A stretch of DNA of 52,920 nucleotides, from NCBI RefSeq assembly GCF_000485595.1, contig NW_014577067.1, positions 374,564 to 427,483 on the forward strand. The letters are read 5' to 3'. Shown here piece by piece: positions 1 through 12,810 of the stretch. The notes under the pieces are model-generated. The model searched no databases and had not been told where the DNA came from. It worked only from the letters and a program-made list of their open reading frames with translations. Positions within the stretch are counted from its first letter, which is position 1. Each line of letters opens with the position of its first letter. The stretch is from Priapulus caudatus (lineage: Eukaryota). A program made the translations under genes and the position numbers.

Positions 1-1033
1 ATGAGAACTTCATAACACAACTAATATTTTTTATGAGAATCTTAGAAATGATTTTTGATTTTTCCATTAGGGTTTTGTGCAAAAACGGTAAAAATGTTAC
101 AATTGGTCTCTGGTTACTTGATAACGTTAACCAGGCTAAGTAGCACCAGAATGTGACATACCTATGGGAAAAGGGAATGATCAGTTTACCATGGTTATTA
201 CACCCACTTACACCAACGTATCACATGACTTACTGCAAAATACGCAAGCTCATGTCATTATTCCACACATGCATTATTACCAGACGTACACCCAATATTG
301 TGCGTACCTAGTGAATATGGGGCTCTAGCTTGAATGGCAATAAAATAAATGACCCAAGATATTCTCAAGTCTTAAGATTGGTTTAAGCTGTTGCTATAGC
401 CACAGACATATTTACAACAATGGTATAAATAAATTAATACGCATTAACAATCAATAATGATCTATGTACGACAAAAGACCAACAGCACTGACCACTAAAT
501 AAGACCAACAGCACTGACCACTAAATAATTTTGTGTCCACCACAACCATTGATCTCTCAACCCAGCCATTGGTCTCTCAAACCACTCATCACAATTCACA
601 GCTTTTTTTAGAGGAAGATATGTAATATAAGTGGATAGTTGAGATTGATATATTAAAATCACACACGTGGCAAGTGATCCACCTTGTCAAGTTCATTGAT
701 GCCTCTTTCTACGATCACTGAATCATACAGCAGTTTGATAAGGAATCTCGGAACCTAACATTTCAGCCCCGACAACTCAATCTGCTGTCATTCTGCGCTC
801 ACAAAAGTCCAGCAGACAAACCACCTTTCCAGAAAAGCGTTAGTCTGAAGACGATATTGAGGGAAATCACATATTATTCTATCACACAGAGGATAATCGC
901 TGAAAATTGCAAAATGAAACTGCACTGCCATCTGCTGGTAGAAAATAGTTCTAAAGGTTGGAGTGTTGCTTCCAGGAGGCCATTACGTGGGGGTGACGTT
1001 TGGTCCGTAAGAATTACAGGTCAATACGAGACA

Positions 1034-4000
1034 TTACACTGTATAGTCGTCATGCGGTTCAATCTCTTTAGGTGGACTGTGGCAAGGTAGCAGCCAAAAA
1101 GCCAAAGAACCTGAAAAGCAGAGCAAAAATTAATGAAGTGTAATAATTCTTTTTCAGAAAAATACAAAAATAACATTAAATATAATATAAAATACATACC
1201 GGTAATCATACTTCTTTTAAATTGTTATGTGAAAAACGATTGTATTGTTGAAATAGCAAAAAACAGGGAAATGAATGTGCAAGAAATTCTTTACGTTTTA
1301 CTAGTTCCATATACGTTTGCCACTACCTTGTCAAATTGTTCAGTTAAAAGATAACCATCACTTGAACAATCCTTCGAGTGCTTGAGATATTTTTAACAAA
1401 TAATCAAAATCTTCTGTATGTGTACCTTGCCTCGAAAAACTTACATTTGATATCGGGAACTACCCAAGATTTCTTTACACATTGATAATGCACAACAAGC
1501 TACGGAATCACTGTACATCTCTCATATTGATCTACGCGGATGCAGTATAGTCTGCCACCACGCGGCTAGCATGGCACGCACACCTGAGCAGCCAAACTCA
1601 CCTCGCCCGAACACTTCCTGCAGTAGCGCCATCTTGGATTTAAGCGGTCGATGAGGACCTCTCCTCTGCACCTGCTCTACTGCTGTCTCGTCTGTCCAGA
1701 TCGCTGTCAACTGCAGCACCAGAGACGCGCGATTCAACCACACGTGCAAAATAAACTCGCTCGGGCGCAAAGCACGCCCCTTGGCTTCTCGTAACGGGAA
1801 TGCCGACCCAATTTACTTGGCAAACATAAATGGTTACAAAATGGTAAAGCTTCATACTGTGTATAGCGTGAATTTGTATTATTTTGGCAATTTATATCTT
1901 CATACTATGAAAAGGATGTGGATGTGTATGTGTATGTGGGCAACTTGCCACTAGTATTTGCAATTCAAAAATGGTTAATATCAACAATTAATTACAGGTT
2001 ACTGACACTTAGCTGACTATTACCCAATGAATACAGAAGCAATAAATGAGTATTTACCTGGTCTACCATGATGGCTACTACAAATATTCCAAATAGTAGA
2101 GATTCAATGACAAGAATTATGCAATGCATCCTGCAAAAGGAAAATTACACGACGAAATCAAATATCAGCAACAAAATGTATTTATTTGTATAAAGTATGT
2201 ATTTAACCACATTTCATTATATTTGGGATGCATATTAATATCCTAAAATCAAAAAGTTAATGGACATACAAGTTTAACTTTAAGCTCACTAATACAGAAA
2301 GTTTGGGACTAGACCAGCTCAGTTACTGAAAAATCCAAACCATCCAAGCCGAGGGTAAGAAGGCAAAATAATACATATAGTGCATTATTACTGATACCAA
2401 TACAACTTACATAAGCACAAACCTTATAGAAATGTAAATTCATGTAGTTTGAACAGCTTAATTTCTACTTACAGCATAGTCTGCTTTGAATGCTCATCCA
2501 ACTGACAGCCATCACAGTCACCGAGCCAAGCAACAGCAACCAACACTATTGCATGAACAGATGCTATACCTACAACAGGACACCGTCACGAAAATATTAT
2601 TATCTGTTTGACACACAGAGAGAGTACCAATGGTGAGAGAGTACTATGCAGTGCAGGCACGAGCTAACGAAAAATAAGTCCAATTTGCTGACAAACAGTT
2701 ATGGCTGCAAGCCGAGATCACCCAATGAATAAAAGAATTTGTAAAAAATTAAAAGAATAAAACGAGATTAGCTGTGGCAATGACAAAATCAGTCTTGGGT
2801 GTAGTCATTTAATATCAGCAACACAAACAGGACAAAAAAATGCAACTCTATGTGCAAATAGTTTATAAAATGCTATACAAACATTGGAATAAAAGTTCCT
2901 CATACCTACCTACATAGATTATAAACTGCAGGAAATATTTTTGGTTGTATTCACCCACGCAATTATTTATCCTATAAATAAAGAAAATGTCAGAACCTTA
3001 ACAAATTTCATAGGAGTATATCATGAAAAACGTTTAGAAAAAGTGTTCCAAGCTGAACTCATTCATCAAAAATTACACATCAGAAAAACTACACAATTGT
3101 GATAAATTTACCAACTCTAACACCAATGATTATTTAATAACACAATTTACCAAGGGCAATGGTGGTCCATCCGTCGAATACACCTGCGACATATGCGACA
3201 GTGATGGGCCCTTGGTGGCCTGTAAGTCTCACATCTTGCACACACCGTCCAATCATGGCCACTCTGCTTTTCGATAACAAAATTATTGCGTAAATTTACG
3301 TGATTTAGTGATAGCGATTGGTAAACCCTAATCCAAATGAGATACATATATACTGGAATTAGTGGTTTTAAATATAATGAATGCTTATTGATTTTATAAA
3401 ATAGAAAGATACTAACATTATCATTATATAATCACAAATAATATTGTCTGGCAAAATATACAAATTCATAAACAGATTATGTCTTTTACTGCCAGATATA
3501 TCACCTGATGTATGGGACTTCTAGATCCAGAATGCAGGTCAGAGAAATCGAGATTGGTTTTAGGTAAGGGCACAACACCTGGATCAGATAGCACTGCTCT
3601 CAAATGAGATGCAAGCATCATTGTCAATATCACATTGAAGAGCACAGCATTGAAGGCACCCCAAAGGCTGAAACAAATAATCATAGCGAAGTATAATTAG
3701 TATGCACTGCACTTGATTTCATGGTTTCGATGCTGCAATGGAGAGAGAGGGGAGAGCGAAGGAGGAAGGGATGGAGGGAGAGAGGGAGGGAGGGTTGGAG
3801 GAAGGAAGGAAGTGAGAGAGAGATGGAGCGAGACTATTATTTTTGTGTTTTATTTGACACAAACAGAACTGGCATGACCCTAATTTTTACTGTAAATATA
3901 AGTACAATGTTTCCTTAACCTTGGCCACCTATAATATGTGTTTTTTCCCCATTTACAGTTACAGTCAGGGGCGTAAATCCGTACTGAGGAGTGGGGGGAT

Positions 4001-6800
4001 GATCGGCGATAGCCGGGGGCGAAATTAACCTTGGCTGCCGCAGGCAGGCTCGCGTGCCGCAGGCATGCCAGTGCTAGGGGGGTCTGAGGGCATGCCACCC
4101 AAAAAAAATTTGAAATATTTAAGCCATTTTCCTGCAATCTGAGGCATACTGTGGGCCATATTCTCATGTCTGGTGACACTATCTCAACCCTAGACTCAAC
4201 CCTACAAGTTACGATTCAATACACTTTTCATTACTTTTCAGAGGGCGTACAGTTAGGTTACTATAGTAATAATACATGTATTAAAAAACAGGTAAGAATT
4301 GCAATTTCTCACAATTTCACGTGTTTTTGTATGTTTGCAACCATACTTTTTGGCTATTCTTTTTTTTCTCTTTTTTTTGAATCTCAGGGGGGGATATTTG
4401 TACAGGCCATCCCCCCTCCTTCAAGAGCAGGGGGGATGCATCCCCCATCCCCCCCCCCCGGGATTTACGCCCTTGGTTACAGTGCCATACACCAGAATGC
4501 ATACACCAGCAAGCTACATAAATAACTCTCGGTAAGATCATGAACATATGTACACTATATAATACAGGTCCTTATATAAACATCCAGTAACAGAGTGACC
4601 AGTACAATGCCACTGTGCACAAACTCAAAAAAGATATAGAGCAGGTGGAAAAGCGAGAGTGCCAATTTCGCACAATGCTCGCTTTGTTTCACACAATCAC
4701 AGCGAAAATACACAAACAATCGCCTCCATATTAGTACCTATATGTATCCGACTGTTCACTTGTTAGAATTAATTTTTAATTTACCCAGAGAAATCTAATA
4801 AATTCCTATGGAAAACTCCCACTCCACAGCAATGTATATGGGAGCAATTCTGTTTATTAATCGAAACTCCCTAACTGCACTACCCGATTGTTTAGCCAGT
4901 GAACGTACTCATGTGTGTGACGTCATTTCTGCGCAAATTATGCTGGCTTGGCATGGAATTGAGTGGCGGGGCTTATCAGATAGCCAGGAAACATAGAGCT
5001 TTTGAAGCCGGATGCAATGCGTCGCCATTAATCATGTATATATAAATAGTTGCTCCCATTTACATTACCGTGAAGTTAGAGCATTCCACAGGAGTTTATT
5101 AGAGACGTTTTTATCTAGGCGAAATCGGTAAATCGGTTTCCTAAATCACGTGATCAGCGGTTTGGTGAAAGCGCTTTTGTTACATAAAAACAACGCAAGA
5201 TAGATCACTATTTGGTTAGGATTTAGCTGATCTTTGTACGTTTTTATAACACATTAACTTATTAATCTTATATAATCATTTATTAAGAAAACTACTTAAT
5301 AACTTACGTTTGGCTATCCGCCATATTGAATGTTGAGAAACGACCAAAGCGCTTTCACGAAAACCGTCCAGATAAATGGAAGATTTGCGAAACCGTAAAG
5401 CGCTTTCGCTTAGATAAAAACGCCTTCGATTTCTCCAGGTAAATTATGTTCTATCCAAGCGCAAGGCGATAATTCAAACAAGTGAACATTCAGCTACGTA
5501 TAGATACAAGAATGGTAGCTCTAGAACTATAGCCCTCCGCTCCGCCGCAGGGCTATAGAACATACTATGGCAATTTCCAGGGAGTAAGTAAAGACAACTT
5601 TTTTGCGATTAATAACTTTTTCGGTATGCCAAATAAAGCACATTCTCTGCCGCACAAATGTCTTAAGTTACTACAAACACTAAAATTAAACCGCAAACTA
5701 ACGCTTAAATGTTGTACTTGCAATATTACTCGTCGAAGAAGATTGTTTACTAACTTGTAACCGCTATTTTTCGTTGCGCATCGCTAGCGCGGTTCCGGTG
5801 CTAGTGAGCGGGCACAATGTATTTCCAAGTGGAGGGGTGGGCAGGTTGCACGCAGATTTAACCGCCATCTTTCGTTGCGCAGCGCTAGCGGGGTTTGCAA
5901 CCGCGTGCAACCTGCCCACCCTTCCACTTGGAAATACATCGTGCTAGCGATGCGCAACGAAAAATGGCAGTTACAAGTTGGTAAACAATCTTCGTCGACG
6001 AGTAATATAGCAAGTACAACATTTAAGCGTTAGTTTGCGGTTTAATTTTAGTGTTTGTAGTAACTCAAGACATTTGTGCGGCAGAGAATGTGCTTTATTT
6101 GGCATACCGAAGAAGTTATTAACCGCAAAAAAGTTGTTTTTGCTTATTCCCTGGAAATTGCCATAGTATGTTCTATAGCCCTGCGGCGGAGCAGAGGACT
6201 ATAGTTCTAGAGCTATACCAGAATGGATGCATGTAATATTTGTGTTGTAACGGTGAGAAACAAAGTGAGTGTTGTGCAAATTTAGCACTTATTCTTTCCC
6301 ACCTGCTCTATGTGAGTTTGTGCACGGTGGCGTGCATGCGCTAAAATTGTGTGTTGCAGAGGAGCATTTAAACAGTATTTACAGGAAATTAATAGCCGAT
6401 AGAGAATACATAAACATTAAGGCTTTGATAGTAAATACATGGTACACACATACCCATACACCAGTTGTAAAGGCTTGGTGGGGATAACTGACACAGTGCC
6501 AATAAGCAAACTTGAAGCTTTCTATTAGTAATACTAAGTATTACTACTTAACTTCGTCTTCGTACTTAGACTAGTATTGGCGAGTATTGCGTACTGGGAA
6601 TCTTATTATATTAGCCACGACTATCTTCAGTTTAAGAGTGGATTAATCATGAATATATAATATTCCCTGCGCAATTCTTACCTATTCGACATCGTAGGCA
6701 TAACTATCTGTACAGTTACAACATAATCGGCGTAAAATACAGCCCCATATGTAAGCAATATACAGAATATACCACAAGGATCACTCCGAAACACCACCAT
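1034..6800 (-). CDS. ZDHHC3: DHHC palmitoyltransferase, ZDHHC3/7 (GODZ) family; 8 coding exons: 6800-6682, 3667-3505, 3263-3151, 2971-2910, 2569-2473, 2130-2058, 1710-1602, 1110-1034; ~270 aa
   Basis: Hand-spliced: [28 protein letters not shown]...[14 protein letters not shown]...[47 protein letters not shown]...DETAVEQ...DDYTV*. All introns GT-AG, phases consistent, collinear. ZDHHC3 vs ZDHHC7 is a vertebrate duplication, so the symbol denotes the family. Confidence 0.93.
3966..4475. mobile_element. hAT-type non-autonomous element (MITE)
   Basis: TIR CAGGGGCGTAAATCC / GGATTTACGCCCTTG; 8-bp TSD GTTACAGT on both sides. Confidence 0.85.
5104..5425. mobile_element. Small inverted-repeat element
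   Basis: GACGTTTTTATCTAGGCGAAA / TTTCGCTTAGATAAAAACGCC terminal inverted repeats; repeated AAAGCGCTTT motif. Confidence 0.6.
5516..6215. mobile_element. 700-bp foldback (near-perfect palindrome) element, Mutator/Foldback-like
   Basis: Arms TAGCTCTAGAACTATAG... / ...CTATAGTTCTAGAGCTA pair over ~270 bp; flanked by TACAAGAATGG / TACCAGAATGG (11 bp, 1 mismatch). Confidence 0.85.
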
Positions 6801-7956
6801 CTTGGAGATCTTCCTGTACTGCTAGAAATTGACACAGGGGAACAACCCTGTCGACAGGCGGCGCCTGTGTCACATTATCGGCCACGGCCACCAGATAGAC
6901 ACGGAGCCACAAGGAGCTAGATATATACATCTATATTCACTCCCGATAGTATATTAATTTGAGCTCATTGATCTTTCCAAGAATCGTTATGATGTTTACA
7001 ACGTAGATATCATATATACGGTATATATGATATCTGTGGTTTACGATAATAATTAGCATCCGAATTCAGAAATTTAGATGACAACGCGGTACTAGGCGTG
7101 GCAGATGCGTTATGAAATATCAGATGCTATATCAAATGTTATGGGGACAGCGTTATGGTACGGGCATGATTACTCAATAAGAGTAAAACACATTGAAATA
7201 GAGCCGAATAAGAAGTAGGAAAGGTATAGGAAAGGTAGGAAAGGCGTTACTATCTACCCATTGCGCGTGCGCACGCGCGCGCGTGTGGTCACGCGTGTGC
7301 GCGTACGAAACGCGCGTGATGGCGGGCGTCCGTGTGTGCGTGCCACTGATCTCTACTATACTAACGTAGTATACTAACTATACTAATAATAAATAAAAAA
7401 TAACTAACTATACTAATTTAGTATAGTAGAGATCGATCAGTGGTGCGTGCGCGCGTATGTACGTGTGCGTGTGTCATACCGGTGGTGCATGTCGCAGGAC
7501 CATAATGGACTCGTGATATTAAAGGATCACTAAATATATATCATTTAAAAATATCATTTGTGTTTTATTTTGTTAATTGTCTCTAACTTGCGACATTCAT
7601 ATAACCAAGAGCGTATTTTAAGCACACTTAATACGCTCTTACTAATACGATACTAATTGTTATTTGAGTTATACGAGTTTATTTGCTTCGTGTGCAAATA
7701 ATCACAGAAACACACGTGGATGACGTCATATCACAATTAGACCACGAGGAGGCTGAGCGTGCAAGCAACCGCGGTTACTAAGCAGCAATTTTGTACTAGC
7801 AAATCCAAGCTTGACAACGTTGCGTGCCTAGACATTGGTAGACACGGGTAACTGGATTTAACGCCGTATAGCGTGGCACACACGTGAGTGTAACCGGAAA
7901 CTTTCATCATCTAGCCATCGTATAGATACACGACTCGCGCGTTCCCTACACTCACG
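6801..7956. promoter_or_regulatory. Divergent (head-to-head) promoter region of ZDHHC3-like and CFAP95
   Basis: ATGs at 6800 (-) and 7957 (+); CpG-rich; TGACGTCA (CRE-like) at 7721-7728; imperfect RFX X-box-like GTTACTAAGCAGC at 7774-7786 (fits a ciliary gene, weak). Confidence 0.55.
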
Positions 7957-8137
7957 ATGCTTAGAAAGAATAACGAACGCAAGGGATCAATGTTTTTGCG
8001 CTCCAATCACCAGAAGTACGCACCGACCACGCTCACGTTCAACTGGCACGAGGCGAGAGAAGCGATCCCAATGCAGTACGACATTCAATCATGCGACACC
8101 AAGTCACGCAATCTGCACATCGGAACGGTCAGTATTA

Positions 8138-8168
<31 letters not shown>

Positions 8169-8264
8169 ATATATATATCAAGAGTAGATAATAGAGAGAG
8201 AAAGAGCGAGCGAGAGAGAGAGAGAGAAAGAGCGGAACGAAAAAGAGAGCAGAGCGAGAGGAGA

Positions 8265-8314
<50 letters not shown>

Positions 8315-8342
8315 AGAAGAGAGAGAGAGAGAGAGAGAGAGA

Positions 8343-8380
<38 letters not shown>

Positions 8381-9532
8381 AAGATTAATAACGTCCAACC
8401 CGTTTTAAACTTTGCACCCTTATTAATATGTCGAGTGTCTCGAGTAGGCAAGAACTATAGGCAATAATTTGACTGCATAGTTTAGTCAATTATTTTCGGG
8501 AACTATTGCACGAGCAAATTTTCACGCTATCTGTGGCATCATTGCTTTTTGATATGCAATAGATTATGATATCGCGATCAATATTTTCACATTTTCTAAT
8601 CAGACACCGGAAAAGTTGAGCCGGTATATAGGATCAATATATTTAAATATTTAATAAATTGTATATTTTCTTTACGTTTAATTTAATTAATATTTAACAA
8701 TTTTATCACATTTTTATACGGCTAACCTCAGATGGTAACGATGCTTAAACGGTAATCCATAAATCCATTAATCCATAATAATCGATATATAATCAGGAGT
8801 GAATCAAACCCTGTGAAATAGAAAGTGAAAATAATGTTGCAGGGGCGGGTACAGGATTTGTACCAGAGGGGGGGGGGGTCTTACCGTAACCCAAACTTGC
8901 GAGCACGCGAAGGGGGGGGTCTGGGGGGCCCTTCCCCAGAATTTTTTTGAAATTAGACCCCCTTAGATGCGTTTTCTGCGCGAGCAGGGGGGGTCCGGAC
9001 CCCCTGGACCCCCCCCTGCACACGCCCCTATGTTGTTTTTAATTTCATTCCTGATATAATGCATGCTTAGTATCAGCGGCTGGGGACAGAGCCTGCGGAG
9101 TACGTCAGCACGCAGCAGACGGCGATGAAACAGGTCGGCGACAACCGCAGCTGCAACAACACCGAGCCCGCGAAACGCATGCTCACTCCGACGACGTTTT
9201 CCGGCGCGATAGGCGGTCATCAAGTAGCGGGCAAGCAGCCAGTGCTGCCATTTCACCACGTCGACCACGGACGCCGCTACTTGGACACGACGCATTCCTG
9301 CGATTACAAGAACCCCAGCCAGTACACTCAACGTCCGCCCGCCGAAACGCGCGACCTATCGGGCGCCTACAGAAAGTGTCACTCTCAGTTTACGGACACC
9401 GACGGCCACTGCAGGACTGGACTCAACACTTGGCACAACGAGTCGGGAATTTATGGAAACACAGTAGTGAAGCGACAGGTGCTAGTGAGTAGGGACCCCA
9501 TCCTGCGCGGTTTCCCTACGACTCCGCCGTAG
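7957..9532 (+). CDS. CFAP95: Cilia- and flagella-associated protein 95 (C9orf135) homolog; exons 7957-8127 and 9071-9532; ~210 aa
   Basis: ERKGSMFLRSNHQKY..L.FNWHEAREA.P.QYDI, spliced in phase 0 to YQRLGTE, and C-terminal YRKCHSQFTDTDGHCRTGLNTWHNESGIYGN match remembered C9orf135 motifs (ERKGSLTLRS; YRRLGTD; SQFTD..G..R.GINTWHDESGIYAN). Confidence 0.88.
8137..8380. repeat. (AAAT)n plus long (GA)n microsatellite in CFAP95 intron
   Basis: Directly visible; explains ORFs 8104-8451 and 8135-8398. Confidence 0.95.
8840..9030. mobile_element. hAT-like MITE
   Basis: CAGGGGCGGGTACAGG / CCTGCACACGCCCCTA; flanking TGTTG repeated; G/C-run rich interior. Confidence 0.7.
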
Positions 9533-12500
9533 TCAAAGTGAAAATAATACTTGCACGGTGAGGGGGGATGGGCTAGGTCGGAATACGAGGAGGAACAGGG
9601 AGAGAAGTACGGTAAATAAGTGGGTGTGTACATTCGCAAGAGGATTTTGTATATTTGTGTGACTGTGTAAATGAAACATGTCATTGCGCAAAAATAGAAA
9701 CGTTCAATAAATATCTCAGGTGTAGAAATGATTACTGTACACTATCTGCTAGCAAATGTGGATGTGGCAATAACAAATTCATCTATTTCGTTGAACACGC
9801 TACGTTTGATTTGCCGATGCAATGTATTGGCACTGGTAAAAACAAGAACATATACTGCTAAATAGATTGTTTGAATAGTAATCATGGAGTTTTGTATTTA
9901 TTTTCATGACTTTTTTGGTGTACATTTCTGCACCAAGTGCTAAGCAAAGACAAACAAATGAGACAGATCGAAAATCACACAGAAATCAGCACAAGATATT
10001 TGCTGAAGAAAAACTATACTCTCGAGGTTACCGTGTTGAAATCCGACAAGATGACGTCATAACATGCCTCGGTAGACAGGCAGGTACTGCTCATGTATCA
10101 GCCCTATTAGTAAAATTTCCCCAACGGGGTTTGATGTGGTTCACAATCTTGCTATGCGTTTCAGAAATGCAAACATCAAACCCACACTGGTTAACATACG
10201 ACAAGTGTTTTCCTAATCTAGCCGATAGACACTTTATCCAGCCATACTAGCCAACTAATCGTCAATCGGCTTCCCAACACTATTGGTGAGGTAGGTGGCA
10301 GCACTATCTAGCAACGAAGAGCATGTCAACCTACGCGTAACATAATCACTATACACCAAACACCACTACAACTAGAGTAGACAAAGACCTCTCTACCTGT
10401 AGTCACAACACTCCTCTCACAAGCACCATCCGTCACACCATACAGCGTTTATGCTCTCCAGCTTTTTTTGGTTTATTTTTGGACTCATAATATGTAATAT
10501 ACATGTAAATAGTTAACCTGCTTAATATGTCAGGTATGTTCATGCCACACTACAAACAGCATTGCTTACTGGGCAATCGTTGCAGGCAAATGATAGACAC
10601 GGATTTTTTTAAATTTATGGCAAAGTATTACTCTTGCGCAAACTATACAACTTCCCCGCTAGCAACGTAGATATTTTCAATACTTCTTTAATTTACGATA
10701 AGCCGCAGCAGGTGCGACCCACGAGATATAGTGCCGTAGCAACGCTGCGAAAATCGTGTCACTTGAACAACACCAATTTCGCACTGCGAGGATCCTGTAA
10801 ACTGAACACCTCTCTCAAGTTATTTATTACACAGGAACGCTAGATCTACAACCTTGCTGCAGGGGATATGAGAATACAGATAGGTGCAGAACCTGTCACT
10901 GCAACAGTGTGTATGTAGATGACGTATGCAAACATTCAAATTGAAAGCAAATGGAAACATATCACCGCAGTGACAATTGATTAAACAACAGAATAATGTT
11001 GGGATGGGATGTGTGTGTGTGTTTGTTTGTTTGTTTGTTTGTGTGTTTGTGTTTATGTTTATGTTTATGTTTATGTTTATGTGCGGGGACGTACAACAGA
11101 AACTAGTCATGTCCATACAAGGCAGGACATCAACAAGAAATGATTCAACACTGAAAATCACAAAAATATCCAACTCCATATCTTATGTACATTGTCCTCA
11201 TGCGTACAGTTTCATTTGAAAGCCAACTACCACTTTGAAAGATGCAGGGGAGCAAGTCAAAAACTATACACGCAATGCTGTACCATGCTGTAGTTTCAGC
11301 CTTTTCCCTGTCTACTCTAAGGCCTAACTGGAGATTTTCTTACATGCTTTATTGAACCACTTAATTTCTAGAAAAGTGATTCAAGGAAAGCAAAAACAAT
11401 ATATACACGAACACTGCTGAAACCACCATGCACTGCACACCAACCTAACCAACCAAGCGCATCACGTAATCAGTTGCCATGGTGTCAGTCACCACATCGC
11501 ACACACGTAAATAATGCTGTACAATTGAAGAGTGAAATTAACGGGACAATTTCAGTGCACATGATGTTGCAATCTCACTCGGTGTGAACTATAATGCAAG
11601 ATATACACAATGACAAACTTTACATCTTATTTGATTCCCTCACAACTACAATGAACCGGTAAATTATTTGTATTCGAGAACTCATCACGCTTCCTTCTGC
11701 CTTCTGCAGATGGATAGGAACACTGCATCCCGCTCAACTACGCGTTACAGAGACACTGCACTCTGCTTAACTCCATTTCCAGTAGAAGCATAGAGACACC
11801 ACATCTCGTCTTAGCTGAAACCACCAGTCGTACGGGAACCGTAACCTGCTTCCCCCTGCTACTAGCAGGAACAAAAAGACAACACATCCTGCTTTACTCT
11901 GCCTTCAGCCTGGAGCACAGTCACCACATCCTCCTTCACTCTGCTTCACCCAGAAGCGTTCCGACACAATACCAAGTATCAGCCTCCGGCAGGATACATA
12001 CTGCATACCACTTTTCCATCTAAATCAGGAGCACATAGATAGACATTGCATCTTGCTCCTCTCAGCCCTTGTCAGGAGTATACACAACACATTCTACTTT
12101 TAATATTCATCTAGCATTAGCATAGATGCTCCATTCTGTATTGCTCTGCCTTCAACATGAGCTGGCACCACACTTTGCTCCATACACTCCCCACCCTACC
12201 ACTTTCTGCATTATTCTCCCTCCAGAAGAAACATGTCCACTGCATCCTCGTTCACCTCACTAATGCAGAAGTAAACACACACAGACACACACGTATGCAT
12301 GCACGCACACGCACACGCACACGCACACACACAACATATATGGTTTCAATCTGCCTACGCTTTCATTAAATTGAAATTACGTGACAATATGAACTGAATA
12401 CACCATGCAAATATCTTTCTGGTGTAATCATCAACATCTCGCAGGTAACATATACACTCCGATCTATGGCTTTCTCCAAAAAAACCCAACAATCTTCACC

Positions 12501-12810
12501 TGCATCTACTCCCCAGCATCTACTCTCACAAGCACTCAGACATGTACGTGTGTGTGTATGCCTGTGTGTGTCCTAAACCCCTAAAACAAGTCTTTACAGA
12601 GCTCTCACAGCGCAATCAAAGCCGCGTCTCCAACAAGACCATGTTGTTTCTATAGCTTCCTCTCAACCAACACACCCCGCCGTGTCGGCGTGTACGCGGC
12701 GCGGACACGAACGCAGCCCGCGACCGGCGTGGCGACGGCGGCGGCTCTCCTCCCGTAACCCGGCACCCGGCAGGAGGATGCGCGCACGCACGCACGCACG
12801 CACAAACCGT

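Noticed and set aside
8104..8451. SL-repeat ORFs and similar CV/HT-repeat ORFs at 10820, 27977-28368, 34621
   Set aside because: Translations of microsatellites.
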